Positions 9,097 through 19,356 of a stretch of DNA of 64,000 bases are shown piece by piece. The first letter of the stretch is position 1; every line of letters begins with the position of its first letter. The notes below the pieces were generated by a model. That model searched no databases. It was not told the DNA's origin and worked only from the letters and a program-made list of their open reading frames with translations. The stretch covers positions 96,001 to 160,000 of the forward strand of contig JBDTZG010000001.1 of the NCBI GenBank assembly GCA_040005235.1. The letters are read 5' to 3'. The stretch is from Acidobacteriota bacterium. Lineage in GTDB: Bacteria; Acidobacteriota; Thermoanaerobaculia; Multivoradales; UBA5704. Both the position numbers and the translations under genes were made by a program.

Positions 9097-10271
9097 TGAG
9101 CAAAGTCCTCAGCGGCCTCGACCGGCTGCTCGCCGATCCCGCGCGCCTCGCCGGCCGGCGCTTCGGCGTCCTCGCCCACGGCGCCTCGATCGACGCGCAC
9201 GCCCGGCCGATTCACCTGGCGCTCGCCGCCGCGGGCCATCCGGCGGCCAAGCTGTTCGGCCCGGAGCACGGCTTCTACGGTATCGAGCAGGACATGGTGG
9301 CCTCCGCCGGAGGGCTCGACCCGTGGACCGGTGCGCCGCTCGAATCGCTCTACGGAGATTCGGAGAGCACGCTCCGCCCAGACCCCTCGGCGTTCGCCGG
9401 CCTCGACCTGCTGATCGTCGACGTCCAAGACATCGGCTCGCGCTACTACACCTATGCCGCGACAGGAATCTGGGCCGCGGAAGCCGCGCGCAAAGCGGGC
9501 TGCGAAGTCTGGGTGCTCGATCGGCCGAACCCGCTCGGCGGAGAAGTCGTCGAAGGCAACCTCCTCGCCCCAGGTTTCGAATCGTTCGTCGGCGCGTTCC
9601 ATCTGCCGGTGCGCCACGGCCTCACGCTCGGCGAGCTGTTCCGGCTGCGGGCGCAAAGGGAGGGCGGGGAGCCGCAGGCGCAAGTCTGGACGATGGACGG
9701 CTGGCGCCGCGACATGGCCTGGGGCGAGACCGGTCTCCCCTGGATCGCCCCGTCGCCCAACATGCCGACTCCGGCCACCGCGATCGTCTACCCCGGCGGC
9801 TGCCTGATCGAAGCGACGGAGCTGTCCGAAGGGCGCGGCACCACGCGGCCGTTTCATCTGACCGGAGCCCCCGGCCTCGACCCGCTCGCGTTCGCCAGCG
9901 AGTTGGAGAAACGCGACCTGCCAGGAGTCCGTTTCGTGCCCACCTGGTTCAAGCCGCAGTTCCAGAAGCACCGGGGAGAGATCTGCGGCGGAATCGAAAT
10001 GGTGGTCGAAGACCCCGCGGCGTTTCGCTCCTACCGCACGGGCATCGAGATGCTCGACGTCGTCGCGAGATTGGGAGCGCTCACCTGGCGGACGGCGCCC
10101 TACGAATTCGTCGAGGACATCCCGGCGGTCGATCTGCTCACCGGCGGAACAGAGTGCCGGAAGGCGATCGAGCGCGGGGAGGGCCTCGACGAATGGATGG
10201 GCACGTTCGCAGCGGAGGAAGAGGCTTTTCGGGTGGAGCGGCGGGAGATCCTTCTCTACCCGGAGGGGTGA
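9096..10271 (+). CDS. namZ: Exo-beta-N-acetylmuramidase NamZ (DUF1343)
   Basis: LFGPEHG, DVQDIGSRYYTY, LDRPNPLGG, RHGLTLGEL, PSPNMPT and SEGRGTTRPF. The start overlaps the moaC stop (TAATG). Confidence 0.9.
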   Translation: MSKVLSGLDRLLADPARLAGRRFGVLAHGASIDAHARPIHLALAAAGHPAAKLFGPEHGFYGIEQDMVASAGGLDPWTGAPLESLYGDSESTLRPDPSAFAGLDLLIVDVQDIGSRYYTYAATGIWAAEAARKAGCEVWVLDRPNPLGGEVVEGNLLAPGFESFVGAFHLPVRHGLTLGELFRLRAQREGGEPQAQVWTMDGWRRDMAWGETGLPWIAPSPNMPTPATAIVYPGGCLIEATELSEGRGTTRPFHLTGAPGLDPLAFASELEKRDLPGVRFVPTWFKPQFQKHRGEICGGIEMVVEDPAAFRSYRTGIEMLDVVARLGALTWRTAPYEFVEDIPAVDLLTGGTECRKAIERGEGLDEWMGTFAAEEEAFRVERREILLYPEG

Positions 10272-10329
10272 TTTCGTCGGGGCGGTTCCTCCGGCCCAAA
10301 AATCTCGCCAACCTCGGCCGGGCTCATTT

Positions 10330-10356
10330 CCTGGGACCGCCGCCGTCTCGGCGGCG
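10330..10356. repeat. REP-like palindrome, family CCTGGGACC-GCCG...CGGC (copy 1)
   Basis: cctgggaccgccgccgtctcggcggcg. Near-identical to 29915-29941, with compensatory stem changes. Confidence 0.7.
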
Positions 10357-10375
10357 CGGGCGCCGAACGGTCTGT

Positions 10376-12583
10376 CACGGCACGTTCTTGCCGCACTCGC
10401 AGATCGGCGCGCTGCTGTTCGAGAAGGAGGACGACGGCTCTGGCGCTTCGGCCCAGGATCTCGTCCCTGCCGACCGGCTCGGCAATCTCCTCGCGAGCTA
10501 CCGCATCCCGCTCGTCTTGTTTGAAGCTTGCCGTAGCGCCACGGTGGGCAAAGCTGCCGTTTTCCGGTCGGTGGCACCGCGTCTGATCAAAGCGGGGGTG
10601 GGCAGCGTCCTGTCGATGAGCTACGCGGTCCACGTCGAAGCTGCGCGCCTGCTGCTCGACCGCTTCTATCGCGAGCAGGCGCGGGGAACCACGATTGGTC
10701 ACGCCGTCGCCGAGGCGAGGAAAGCGCTCTTATTGACTCGCGCTCGATGGATCGAGACAGGTCCGAACGGACGCCGGATCGATTTGCGCGATTGGTTCCT
10801 GCCTCACCTCTATCAGCGCGCGAACGACGACTCGCTCGTTCCTCCCGATGCGGCGGCGAAGAGGCCACTGCGGTTGTTCGATGTCTTCCTCTCTCACCAG
10901 TACAATGACCTGGCGCGAGTCGAAACGCTCGCCCGGGCGCTGATGGAGAAGCACGGCCTGCGGGTCTGGCTGGACAAGTGGCAGGTTGCCCCAGGAACGC
11001 TGCGGGACCTGTGCGAGGAAGGAATCCGCGCCAGCCGCTTCACGGTGGTCGCGGTCTCGGAAGATGCGCTCGGCTCCAACTGGGTGAAGTGGGAGGCGGC
11101 GAAGCACGCCGAGATCTACCCGCAGGGCGACCGGATGATCCCGATCAAGCTCGAGCCGCTCAACATGCCGCCGGAGTGGAACTCTCTCCTCTGGGTCGAT
11201 TTCACCGATCCGGCGAAAGATGTCGAACAGGCCGCCTATCTCGCCTCGCTGATCCGCACCGCCGACGCCGAAGACGCCCGCCGCCATCGCGGCTTTCGAA
11301 GCCCTCCGGGCCGCGGCGAGCCGGGGGCGTTCCCCCCGCCGCCCGCGTTCGGCTTCCAGGGTCGGGCGCTCGAGCTGTACGACCTCGAACGCTGCTTACG
11401 CACTTCGCGCGGCATCGTGCTCCACGCGATGGGCGGAATGGGAAAGACCGCGCTCGCAGCCGAGGCGGCCGACTGGTGGACACGTAGCGGCCTGTTTCGC
11501 GACGGTGCCTGCTTTCTCTCTTTCGAGCAGTTCGCGAGCGCCGACCGGGCGGTCCAGCTCTTCGGTTCGTATCTCGAAGGCCCGCGCTTCGAACAGCTCC
11601 CAGCCACCGAGCAACGCCGCCGGGCGATCGAGTTGCTGCGAGACAAGGAAGTGCTCTTCGTTTGGGACAACTTTGAGAGCGCGCTCCCACAGTTCGCGGA
11701 GGAAGTGGCCGGAGCGGCAAGCCCGTACACGGACGAGGAGCGCCTCCGCCTCGCCGAGTTGTTCCGAGATCTCACCGCCGGCCCAGGGAAGGGCCGCATT
11801 CTCGTCACCTGCCGCCCCGGAGAGACCGGATTACCCAACGCCGAGCGCTTCGAACTCTTCGGCCTCGCCCGCGCCGACAGCCTCTGGCTCCTTGCGAGCA
11901 TCGTTCAACGCGATGGCTTGACACTCGCCGATCCGCGCTTCGCCCGCGCGCGGCTCGATCCGCTGCTGGCCGATCTCGCCGACCATCCTCTCTCGCTGGA
12001 GCTGGTCGGCCCGCACCTCCGCACGCTTACTCCGGAAGCGATCCGGGCGGATTTCGGGACGCTGCTGGTTGAGGCCCGGCAAAAAGCTCACGAAGGGAGG
12101 AACGAGTCGCTCCTCGCGTCGCTGGAGTTCTCCAAGAAGCATTTGAGCCCGGCGGCCCGTGAAGCATTGCCCTGGCTAGGACTGCTCCACGGCGGGGTGT
12201 TCGAGCAACGGTTGCTCGACGTGAGCCAGCTCACCCCGGTAGAGTGGAAGCCGATCCGCCGCAAGCTTGAAGGGATCGCGCTTCTACGGGTGGTGGATGG
12301 CATCCAGGTCGCGGCGCGGAAGCGCGACGAGTTGCTCGAAGAGCTGAAGCGTCGCGCCGGAGGGAGCAGCACCAGCCTGCCACCCGCGACGCTGCGCGCC
12401 TTACAGGCCCTCACGATCGCCTGCGCTCAGGCGGGCAACGGGGAGGGTGCTCTCGGCCCTGCCGAGGAAGAGTCTCTGGCCCAGCTGGAGCAGGCCCCCG
12501 CGCCGAATCCTGCCTTCGCCGGGTTTCTTCGCGATGTCGCCGCGGGGCGGGTGCTGCGCGAGGAGCTGCACGGCGGCGCGTAA
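10376..12583 (+). pseudogene. CHAT (caspase-like)-TIR-STAND/NB-ARC NLR-like gene, 5'-truncated and lacking TPR array (frame still open)
   Basis: CHAT catalytic HG (10376) and EAC (10523). TIR FDVFLSH...WVKWE (~10878-11215). Walker A AMGGMGKT (~11427) and Walker B LFVWDNFE. Sequence upstream of HG is not CHAT-like and contains a REP. Confidence 0.7.
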
Positions 12584-12654
12584 CTTCCCCCGGCGCCAAC
12601 TGCCGCCGCCCTCCACGAGGGGAAGGACCTGCGCTCGACGTCGGTGCTTGCTGA

Positions 12655-12678
12655 AACGGGGGCGTCGCCGCCCCCGTT
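12655..12678 (-). terminator. Hairpin/terminator between convergent genes
   Basis: Perfect 10-bp stem aacgggggcg/cgcccccgtt. The loop reads GCGA on the minus strand and is followed by a short T run. Confidence 0.55.
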
Positions 12679-12709
12679 CTCCAATCCGATCAGAAAAGAA
12701 GGTTTCGCC

Positions 12710-13372
12710 TCAGTGGCCGACGGTGATGATGTCTGCCGGGAAGCGCGGATCGATCTCGTAGTGGGTGTCGAACTGGCTGCTGAAGCCGGAAATCGAGACG
12801 AGCTGGTTGAGGGAGAGGGCGAACGCGTCGATCCCGGTCTGGGTATTGATGAAGATCTGCACCTCCCCCGAGCCGTCGTCGACCGCGAGCTTGTAGCCGT
12901 ACGGCAGATCGCTCGACGGCGCCTGGCTGACCCGGCCGATGACGCGGACGAGCCGCCCTTCGGTCGCTTCGCTGACCGCGGCGGTCTGCACCCAGACGGG
13001 GTGCACTGGCAAGGTGAGCCCAAGCAGGTGGACGTCGCTCGGATTGGCGGGCACGAGAATCAGCAGTCCGAAGCTGTCGGCGAGGACGCCGGTCACCCGG
13101 GCCCGGCGCAGGATGCCGACGTGAAGGTCGGTTTGCAGGCTGATGAAGATGCCAGCGTTGCCCTGCTGGAGGCCGAAGCCCTTGTCGAAGAAGCTCGACT
13201 CGAAAGCGTCCGAGGGGGTGCTGATCGTCCCCTCGACGGTGACGACGGTGCCGAGCGGTAGAGTTCGAGCGTGGGCGATCGTCGTCGTCACCGCGGCGGC
13301 CGGAGCCGCGACGGACAGGAGGGCGAAGAGGGCGAGGACGGACAACAGCACCGGTCGGGTGGCTCGGATCAT
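12710..13372 (-). CDS. Secreted tandem OB-fold (nucleic-acid-binding-like) protein
   Basis: Signal peptide and two OB-like repeats (TIAHARTLPLGTVVTVEG; EGRLVRVIGRV...VDDGSGEVQIFI). Confidence 0.7.
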   Translation of the reverse strand: MIRATRPVLLSVLALFALLSVAAPAAAVTTTIAHARTLPLGTVVTVEGTISTPSDAFESSFFDKGFGLQQGNAGIFISLQTDLHVGILRRARVTGVLADSFGLLILVPANPSDVHLLGLTLPVHPVWVQTAAVSEATEGRLVRVIGRVSQAPSSDLPYGYKLAVDDGSGEVQIFINTQTGIDAFALSLNQLVSISGFSSQFDTHYEIDPRFPADIITVGH

Positions 13373-13545
13373 CGGGTTTGAACCTCTCTAGGAAAGTGGG
13401 GCGAGAAAAGAGATGCCCCCCGGCGCGTGTCGCCGGGCGGGTCGTGTGTACTGCGTTGCTATAAGAGTGGGTGCGAAAAGGTGGGGAAAGCGCGACAATT
13501 GGAAAGGCACCCATTCGCCCGTCGAGGCCGTGCTCGATCCGGCCG

Positions 13546-16089
13546 CTAGGGCGGGGGAGCGGCAGGCGGCGGTGGCTCCGGAGCAGGTTCGGCGGGCGGC
13601 GGCGGGGCGACCGACGGCGGGGCCTCTTCCGCGGTTCCTTCCTGGCCCGGCGGTGCCGCGACCGCTCCCGGCTCTGGGGGGCGCTGGGTCATCTCTTCGC
13701 CCTCTTTCGGCACGTAGAACGACTTCTGCTGGAACCAGGGGAGCGTCATCACGGTCGACCATTTCGGATCGTATTCCTTGAGCGGCTCGGTGCCGTTGAC
13801 AAACGCCTCATCCACCGTCCGGCTGCTCCCTTCGCTCGGACGGAGGCCCGAGTAGTACTCGACGGGCCGCTGGGAGACCCCCGCCGGCACCGCGAACGTC
13901 TCGCCTTTCTGCACCCAGCCGTCGGCCAACCCCGACTTGACGATCGAAATCCAGGTCGGCAGCGAAGCGATCGCGCCGCTCATCCCCGAACCGAGCGAGC
14001 GCTTGGCGTCGTAACCGGTCCAGGTGAGGATCGTGTAGTTCGGCGTGAAGCCGACGAACCAGGCGTCGGAGTAGTCGTCGGTGGTGCCGGTCTTGCCCGC
14101 GAGATCGAGCGGCAGGTCGTGCGCTTCGTAGGCGGTGCCGTGGTCGATCACCCCTTCGAGCATGTGGGTGAGCACGAAAGCGACCGCCGGGGCCATCGCG
14201 GTCTGGGCATTCGGCACGTGGCTTTCGAGCGTCTGTCCTTCGCGGCTGGCGATCTTCTCGATCAGGTAGGGTTCGACGTGAGTGCCGAGGTTCGCCACCG
14301 TCGCGTAGGCGGTCGCCAGCTCCATCGGGGTCAAATCCGCCGAGCCGAGCGCGAGGCTGGGGTAAGGCGGGAGCGGCGACTGGACGCCACAGCGGCGTGT
14401 GAAGTCGATCACCCTTTGCACGCCCACCAGGTCCATCAGCTTCACCGTCGCCACGTTCACCGACTGCTCCAGCGCGCGGCGGAGCGTGATGATGCCGTAA
14501 TACTTCTTGTAATAGTTGTGCGGTGTATAGCTCAATTTGCCGTCGGCGCCCTTGAAGGCGGTCGGCACGTCGAGCAGGGTGTCGGCCGGGGTCCAGCCGT
14601 TCTCGATCGCGGACCCGTAGACGAACGGTTTGAACGCCGAGCCGACCTGGCGCCGGGCCTGGGTGATGCGGTTGAACTTGTTGCGGTCGAAGTCCCAGCC
14701 GCCGACCAGGGCGCGGATCGCGCCGGTGCGCGATTCGATCACCACGGCGGCCGATTCCATCCGCGGTTCCTGTTCGAGCATCAGGATCGGCTCGGCGACC
14801 TCCTCCGGCTTGTCCTTGGCGGCTTTGCCAGGCACCAGACGGAACCAGGCGACGGCGCCTTTCGGCAGCACGGTGGACGCGAGAGTGCGGCCGGTCCATT
14901 CGAAACCCTTCTTGCCGAGGGTGTAGACCTTTTCGCCGATCTTCACCCGCGCCTGGACCTTGTCGCTGTCGAGCACGATGCCCTGATACCAGCGGCCGAT
15001 CTGCGGATCGCCCTGGCCCCAGGTCGGCCGCGTCTGATCTTCCAGGTGCTCGACGTCGAGCTGGGCGAGCGGCCCGCGCCAGCCGCGCCGGTGATCGATC
15101 CGGCGCAACCCCTCGTCCACCGCCTTTTCGGCCGCCAACTGGATTTGCGGATCGAGCGTGGTGGTGACTTCCAGACCCTGCTCGTAGAGCGCGGTGGCGC
15201 CGTACTTGGTTTCTAGATACTTCCTCACCTCTTCGGTGAAGTAGGGGGCGGCCTGCTCTTCCGTCCGGCGCGGGGCGACGCGTAAAGGTTCGGCGTTCGC
15301 ATGGTCGAACTGCGCCTGGGTGATGAAGTTCTCTTCGAGCATGCCGCGCAGCACCCGATTGCGCTGCGAGAGCACCTTGTCGGGCGTGCGGTACGGGCTG
15401 TAGCGGCTGGGCGCGGGGATGATCCCGATGAGGGTCGCCGCCTCGGCGAGGGTCACATCCTTGGCTGACTTTTCAAAGTAGTAGCGCGACGCGGCCTCGA
15501 CCCCGTAATTGCCGTGACCCAGGTTCACCAGGTTCAGATAAAGCGTCAGCAACTGCTGCTTGCTGTACTTTTTCTCCAGCTCGACCGAGATCAGCGCCTC
15601 TTCGACCTTCCGGCGCCAGGTTTTCTCGCGCGACAGGAACAGCGTCCGGGCGAGTTGCATGGTGATCGTCGAAGCGCCTTCGACGATGTGGCCGGAGCGA
15701 AGGTTCTTCACCTCGGCGCGCAGAATGCCTTGCAGGTCGATACCGCCGTGGGAAAAGAAGTTGCGGTCCTCCGAGGCGATCACCGCCCGGCGCAGCACCT
15801 CGGGAATCTCCGCCTGCGAGAGCATCATCCGGCGCTCGCGGGCGAAGGTCGCAAACTGCGCGCCCTTCCGATCGAACAGCTCGGTCACCAGCCGCGGCGT
15901 ATAGGAGGAGACCTCTTCCACCTGCGGCCGGCGGATCACCGCGGCGATGCCGACCCCCCCCGCCGCGCCGAGCACGGCGGCGATGCAAAGCGGGGCAAGC
16001 CAGCGCAGCAGGCGCTTGCCCGGGCGGGAGCGCATAGGGGTGCCTAACGAGGGGCCGATCGTGCGCGGGGGGAGCGGGTCGTAGTCCAC
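13546..16089 (-). CDS. mrcA: Penicillin-binding protein 1A (bifunctional transglycosylase/transpeptidase)
   Basis: GT51 motifs EDRNFFSHGG, GASTITMQL and RKVEE. Transpeptidase motifs SAFK (SxxK), SVN and KTG. Confidence 0.93.
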   Translation of the reverse strand: MDYDPLPPRTIGPSLGTPMRSRPGKRLLRWLAPLCIAAVLGAAGGVGIAAVIRRPQVEEVSSYTPRLVTELFDRKGAQFATFARERRMMLSQAEIPEVLRRAVIASEDRNFFSHGGIDLQGILRAEVKNLRSGHIVEGASTITMQLARTLFLSREKTWRRKVEEALISVELEKKYSKQQLLTLYLNLVNLGHGNYGVEAASRYYFEKSAKDVTLAEAATLIGIIPAPSRYSPYRTPDKVLSQRNRVLRGMLEENFITQAQFDHANAEPLRVAPRRTEEQAAPYFTEEVRKYLETKYGATALYEQGLEVTTTLDPQIQLAAEKAVDEGLRRIDHRRGWRGPLAQLDVEHLEDQTRPTWGQGDPQIGRWYQGIVLDSDKVQARVKIGEKVYTLGKKGFEWTGRTLASTVLPKGAVAWFRLVPGKAAKDKPEEVAEPILMLEQEPRMESAAVVIESRTGAIRALVGGWDFDRNKFNRITQARRQVGSAFKPFVYGSAIENGWTPADTLLDVPTAFKGADGKLSYTPHNYYKKYYGIITLRRALEQSVNVATVKLMDLVGVQRVIDFTRRCGVQSPLPPYPSLALGSADLTPMELATAYATVANLGTHVEPYLIEKIASREGQTLESHVPNAQTAMAPAVAFVLTHMLEGVIDHGTAYEAHDLPLDLAGKTGTTDDYSDAWFVGFTPNYTILTWTGYDAKRSLGSGMSGAIASLPTWISIVKSGLADGWVQKGETFAVPAGVSQRPVEYYSGLRPSEGSSRTVDEAFVNGTEPLKEYDPKWSTVMTLPWFQQKSFYVPKEGEEMTQRPPEPGAVAAPPGQEGTAEEAPPSVAPPPPAEPAPEPPPPAAPPP

Positions 16090-16223
16090 GGGGTAAGTTT
16101 ACGTTACCTGGCACTCCTGGCCTACCCTGGCCCCGCGCGTCTCCGCTTGCCGCGTGTCTTGGCGGGTGATACAAACCCGGCGCACCCTGCACCTGTCTTT
16201 CGGATCGCCGCGGAGGGGTCGAC

Positions 16224-16751
16224 ATGTCGGAACCTTTGGAATTTCCACCGCCGCCGTTCACTCCCGCGCCGCTGGAGCCGTCCGAGCGCTCGGGATGCCG
16301 CAAGGCGCTGCTGTTCGGCTGCGGCGGGGTATTCCTGATCCTCGCGCTCTGCTTGGTCGGGATGGTCGTCAAGGCGCCGGAGATCATGCGCGCGATGCTC
16401 GGCTATCTCGAAGACGATTACACGGGCAAGCTCGCGCCGAACATTCCGGCGGCGGACCGCGAGCGGCTCCATCGCGCGTTTCAAGGCGCGCGGTCCGATC
16501 CGACGAAGTTGATGCAGGATCGAGCGGCGCTGGAAGCGTTTCAAGCCCAGGTCATGGACCTGGGGGCGAAGCCCCAGCTTTCGCGAGAGGACGTGGTCGG
16601 GCTTGCCGGGGTGCTCGAAAGGTTGAGCGGAACGGCCGCCCCGCCCGCTCCCGGCCCGTCGGCTCCGGTTCCCGCGCCTTCGCCCTCCCCCCCGTCGGAT
16701 GCGGCGCCCGCGCATTCGAGGGCCGGTGGAGCGCTTCCGCCGACGACCTAG
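16224..16751 (+). CDS. Hypothetical single-TM membrane protein with Pro-rich tail
   Basis: GGAGG RBS, KALLFGCGGVFLILALCLV TM segment, and GC3-biased frame. Confidence 0.7.
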   Translation: MSEPLEFPPPPFTPAPLEPSERSGCRKALLFGCGGVFLILALCLVGMVVKAPEIMRAMLGYLEDDYTGKLAPNIPAADRERLHRAFQGARSDPTKLMQDRAALEAFQAQVMDLGAKPQLSREDVVGLAGVLERLSGTAAPPAPGPSAPVPAPSPSPPSDAAPAHSRAGGALPPTT

Positions 16752-16754
16752 CCT

Positions 16755-17669
16755 CTACCCGAGCCCCGCAACCCGTGGTGCCACCGCGAGGAGCGCGCGG
16801 GGGAGCGCTCCGGCTCCCGCGAAGTGAAACCAAGCCTGCCGGTGGGGCAGGGGGACGAGCAGCCAACAGCCGTCGGGTCCGGGGTAGGAGGCGACGTGCG
16901 AGGAGAGGCCGCGCGCGAGGAGCTGGGGTGGGGGAAAATTCCTGAGGATATCGACCTGGCTCGCGAGGTCGGAGAGCCGTTCCAGCGCCGACGAATCCGG
17001 CGCGGTTCGCCATACGGTGGGATAAAGGGTCCCGTCGGTCTCCCGCTCGAGGATCAGGGCCTGGTCGCATTGCCCGGCGAGGTGCTCGAACAACGAAGTG
17101 GCTAGATCCGGCGCGGAGATGTCGAGCGTACGCACCGCCCGCAAATACACCTCCAAGGGGGAAAAGCTCATGTCGGGGTCGAAGACGCCGGTATAGCGCG
17201 CCGTGCAGCGCAGCTCGATCGAAGTGCCGGCGGCTGCCCAGGCGAGGCCCAGAATCCCCTTGACGGTATGGGCGAGCAGGAACTCGCGAACCTGCTCGAA
17301 CGACGCTTCGGGGCTCGCGCGGACAAGCGAGGAAAAGGTGGCGAAGCGCCCGTGGGCCGCCCGGGTGAGGCGGCCGATGAGTGCCAGCATGTCCGGGTCC
17401 TCTTGCGAGAGCAGCGCGGTCGCCTCGGCGCCGACGCGAGATCGTTCGACGTAACAGATCTTGCCGTTCTGCACGAGGAGGGCGGAAAGCTCGCGGCCAT
17501 CGGGGTGGACGAGCGCCATCCGCGCTGCGCCGCGCAAGCTCTCGATCGGCGTGAGCAACCGCATCAAGAAGGCCGGCAGCGGCTCGGGGAGCAGAGGCCG
17601 ATCCGGGGCTGCCGCATTCGACCGCGGGTCTACTGGCAGCAGATACGACGGAAACGACACCGAAGGCAT
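16755..17669 (-). CDS. Hypothetical protein, possible PATAN/DUF4388-like N-terminal region
   Basis: Long ORF with protein-like composition. ALLVQNGKICYV resembles the DUF4388/PATAN strand motif. Start is uncertain. Confidence 0.55.
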   Translation of the reverse strand: MPSVSFPSYLLPVDPRSNAAAPDRPLLPEPLPAFLMRLLTPIESLRGAARMALVHPDGRELSALLVQNGKICYVERSRVGAEATALLSQEDPDMLALIGRLTRAAHGRFATFSSLVRASPEASFEQVREFLLAHTVKGILGLAWAAAGTSIELRCTARYTGVFDPDMSFSPLEVYLRAVRTLDISAPDLATSLFEHLAGQCDQALILERETDGTLYPTVWRTAPDSSALERLSDLASQVDILRNFPPPQLLARGLSSHVASYPGPDGCWLLVPLPHRQAWFHFAGAGALPRALLAVAPRVAGLG

Positions 17670-17875
17670 GAACACAAGACCCCGCGCTAAAGCTGCTCTA
17701 GGTAAGTATCGCTTATTTTCGGTAGGTGGCAATAGGTCAATGTGGCGGGGCGGGGGTCCCGGTTTGGGAGGGTTGCGGTGGTTTGATGCGGGTTGGCGTA
17801 GAGATGCCGGCTCAATATAGTCACGAAGCAACGCCCAGGCTAGCGCACCGCCGCTCCGAGTGAAGGGAGATACCT

Positions 17876-19243
17876 ATGGGCCAATCCAAAGCTGGGCGCA
17901 ACGACCCTTGCCCCTGCGGAAGCGGCAGGAAATACAAGCACTGCTGCCTGGCGGATCAGCGCCCGCGGCCGAGCCAGCTGCCTTCATCCGGCGCCGGCAT
18001 CGCGATCGATTGGCTTTGGGAGAACCACCCGAGCGCCGTAGGCGCGGCGATCGACAGGGGTTTCTTCGGCGTGTTTGGTCCGCAACAAATCGAGGAGCTG
18101 TTCGGGTCGATTCCTGCCGACCTTACCGAGGTGATCGAGCACACCATGAACGAGTGGCTGCTGGCCGAAGCGGTGCTGGAGCTGGAAGCGGGCCGGATTC
18201 GCACGGCGGATCTCTTCCTCGGTCCGGGTGGCCCGCGGCTCGACGTGGCTCAGCGGGAGTGGCTACTAACTCTCGCCTCCTGGCCGCTCACGGTGTACGA
18301 AGTGGTCGAAAGCCGGCCCGGCGAGGGGATGGTGCTCAAGAGCGCCCTTTCGGCCCGTTCGCCTCGGCTCGAAGTGCGTGAACGCTTGGCCTCAGAGCAG
18401 CTCGTTCGCGGATCGGTCTTTGGCGGACGTCTGCTCCCGATCGGGGACGAAAGGTGGGAGCTCAGCGGCATCGTCTATCCGCTGGAGCATCTCGACCTCG
18501 ACATCCTCCGTCGTGCGGTTCGGAGGAAGCGCCCGACCGCCGTGTCCGAGACGATTCGCGATCTCTGGCTCCAGCGGGTTGCCCAGCCCTTTTCGCCGCC
18601 CAACCTCGTGAGCGCCGCCACCGGCGAACCGATGCTGATGGTCACTGACCTGTACCGAATCACCGATTGGCCCGGTCTGGTTCGAGCGCTCGCTAAAGAG
18701 CCCGATGTCGAAGGCGATCGCGACGACGGCTGGATTCGGTTTATTGATCCCGAGGCGGAGATCCTGCGTCCGCGGGTCGCGCTAAACCCGGGGGCTGAAC
18801 CGGATCAGCTGGAGCTGTTCGCCCACACGCTGGGACTCGCCGACGAATCCCGCGATTGGTTCCGGAAGGTGGCCGGAGTTCGCGCCCGATTCCTCGACCG
18901 GCGGATCGTCGATCCGGTGAGCGAATTCTTAAGCCAACGGGAAGGCTCCCAAGCCGATCACCCGGCTCGCCCCGTTTCACCGCCTCTCGAAGTAAGCCAG
19001 GAGTTCCTTCAGAAAGCGATCGAGGCGCATTACCATCATTGGGCCGACCAGGATGTACCCGCCCTCGACGGCTTGACGCCGCGCGAGGCACTCGCAACTC
19101 GAACGATGCGCCAAAGAGTGATCGACCTGCTCAAGATGTACGAGCACAAGGAACTCGAAGCCGCCCACCGAGAGGGGCGCGAATCCGCGAGCTACGAGTT
19201 TCTCTGGAAATCGGTCGGCCTGAGCCGTGGGCGGTATATCTAG
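17876..19243 (+). CDS. SEC-C motif protein with C-terminal MbcA/ParS/Xre-antitoxin-like segment
   Basis: [18 protein letters not shown] at the N-terminus, [18 protein letters not shown] near the C-terminus, and a GGGAG RBS. Confidence 0.8.
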   Translation: MGQSKAGRNDPCPCGSGRKYKHCCLADQRPRPSQLPSSGAGIAIDWLWENHPSAVGAAIDRGFFGVFGPQQIEELFGSIPADLTEVIEHTMNEWLLAEAVLELEAGRIRTADLFLGPGGPRLDVAQREWLLTLASWPLTVYEVVESRPGEGMVLKSALSARSPRLEVRERLASEQLVRGSVFGGRLLPIGDERWELSGIVYPLEHLDLDILRRAVRRKRPTAVSETIRDLWLQRVAQPFSPPNLVSAATGEPMLMVTDLYRITDWPGLVRALAKEPDVEGDRDDGWIRFIDPEAEILRPRVALNPGAEPDQLELFAHTLGLADESRDWFRKVAGVRARFLDRRIVDPVSEFLSQREGSQADHPARPVSPPLEVSQEFLQKAIEAHYHHWADQDVPALDGLTPREALATRTMRQRVIDLLKMYEHKELEAAHREGRESASYEFLWKSVGLSRGRYI

Positions 19244-19356
19244 TTCCAGGCACTCCCGGGGCGCTGTGCAAGTCGAATTCTATCCGCCGTGGGGAGGCAG
19301 TCTCTAGCAGAGTCTCGGAGCACGGCTGCACCCCCGAACCGCTACAATCTCCGGTC

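Noticed and set aside
9323-10375. N-terminal 350 aa of the 1086-aa ORF 9323-12583
   Set aside because: It overlaps namZ in another frame and crosses a REP. Recognisable domains begin only at ~10376.
19244-19356. LexA/SOS box upstream of uvrB
   Set aside because: No CTGT-N8-ACAG, GAAC-N4-GTTC or GTTC-N7-GTTC pattern found by eye.
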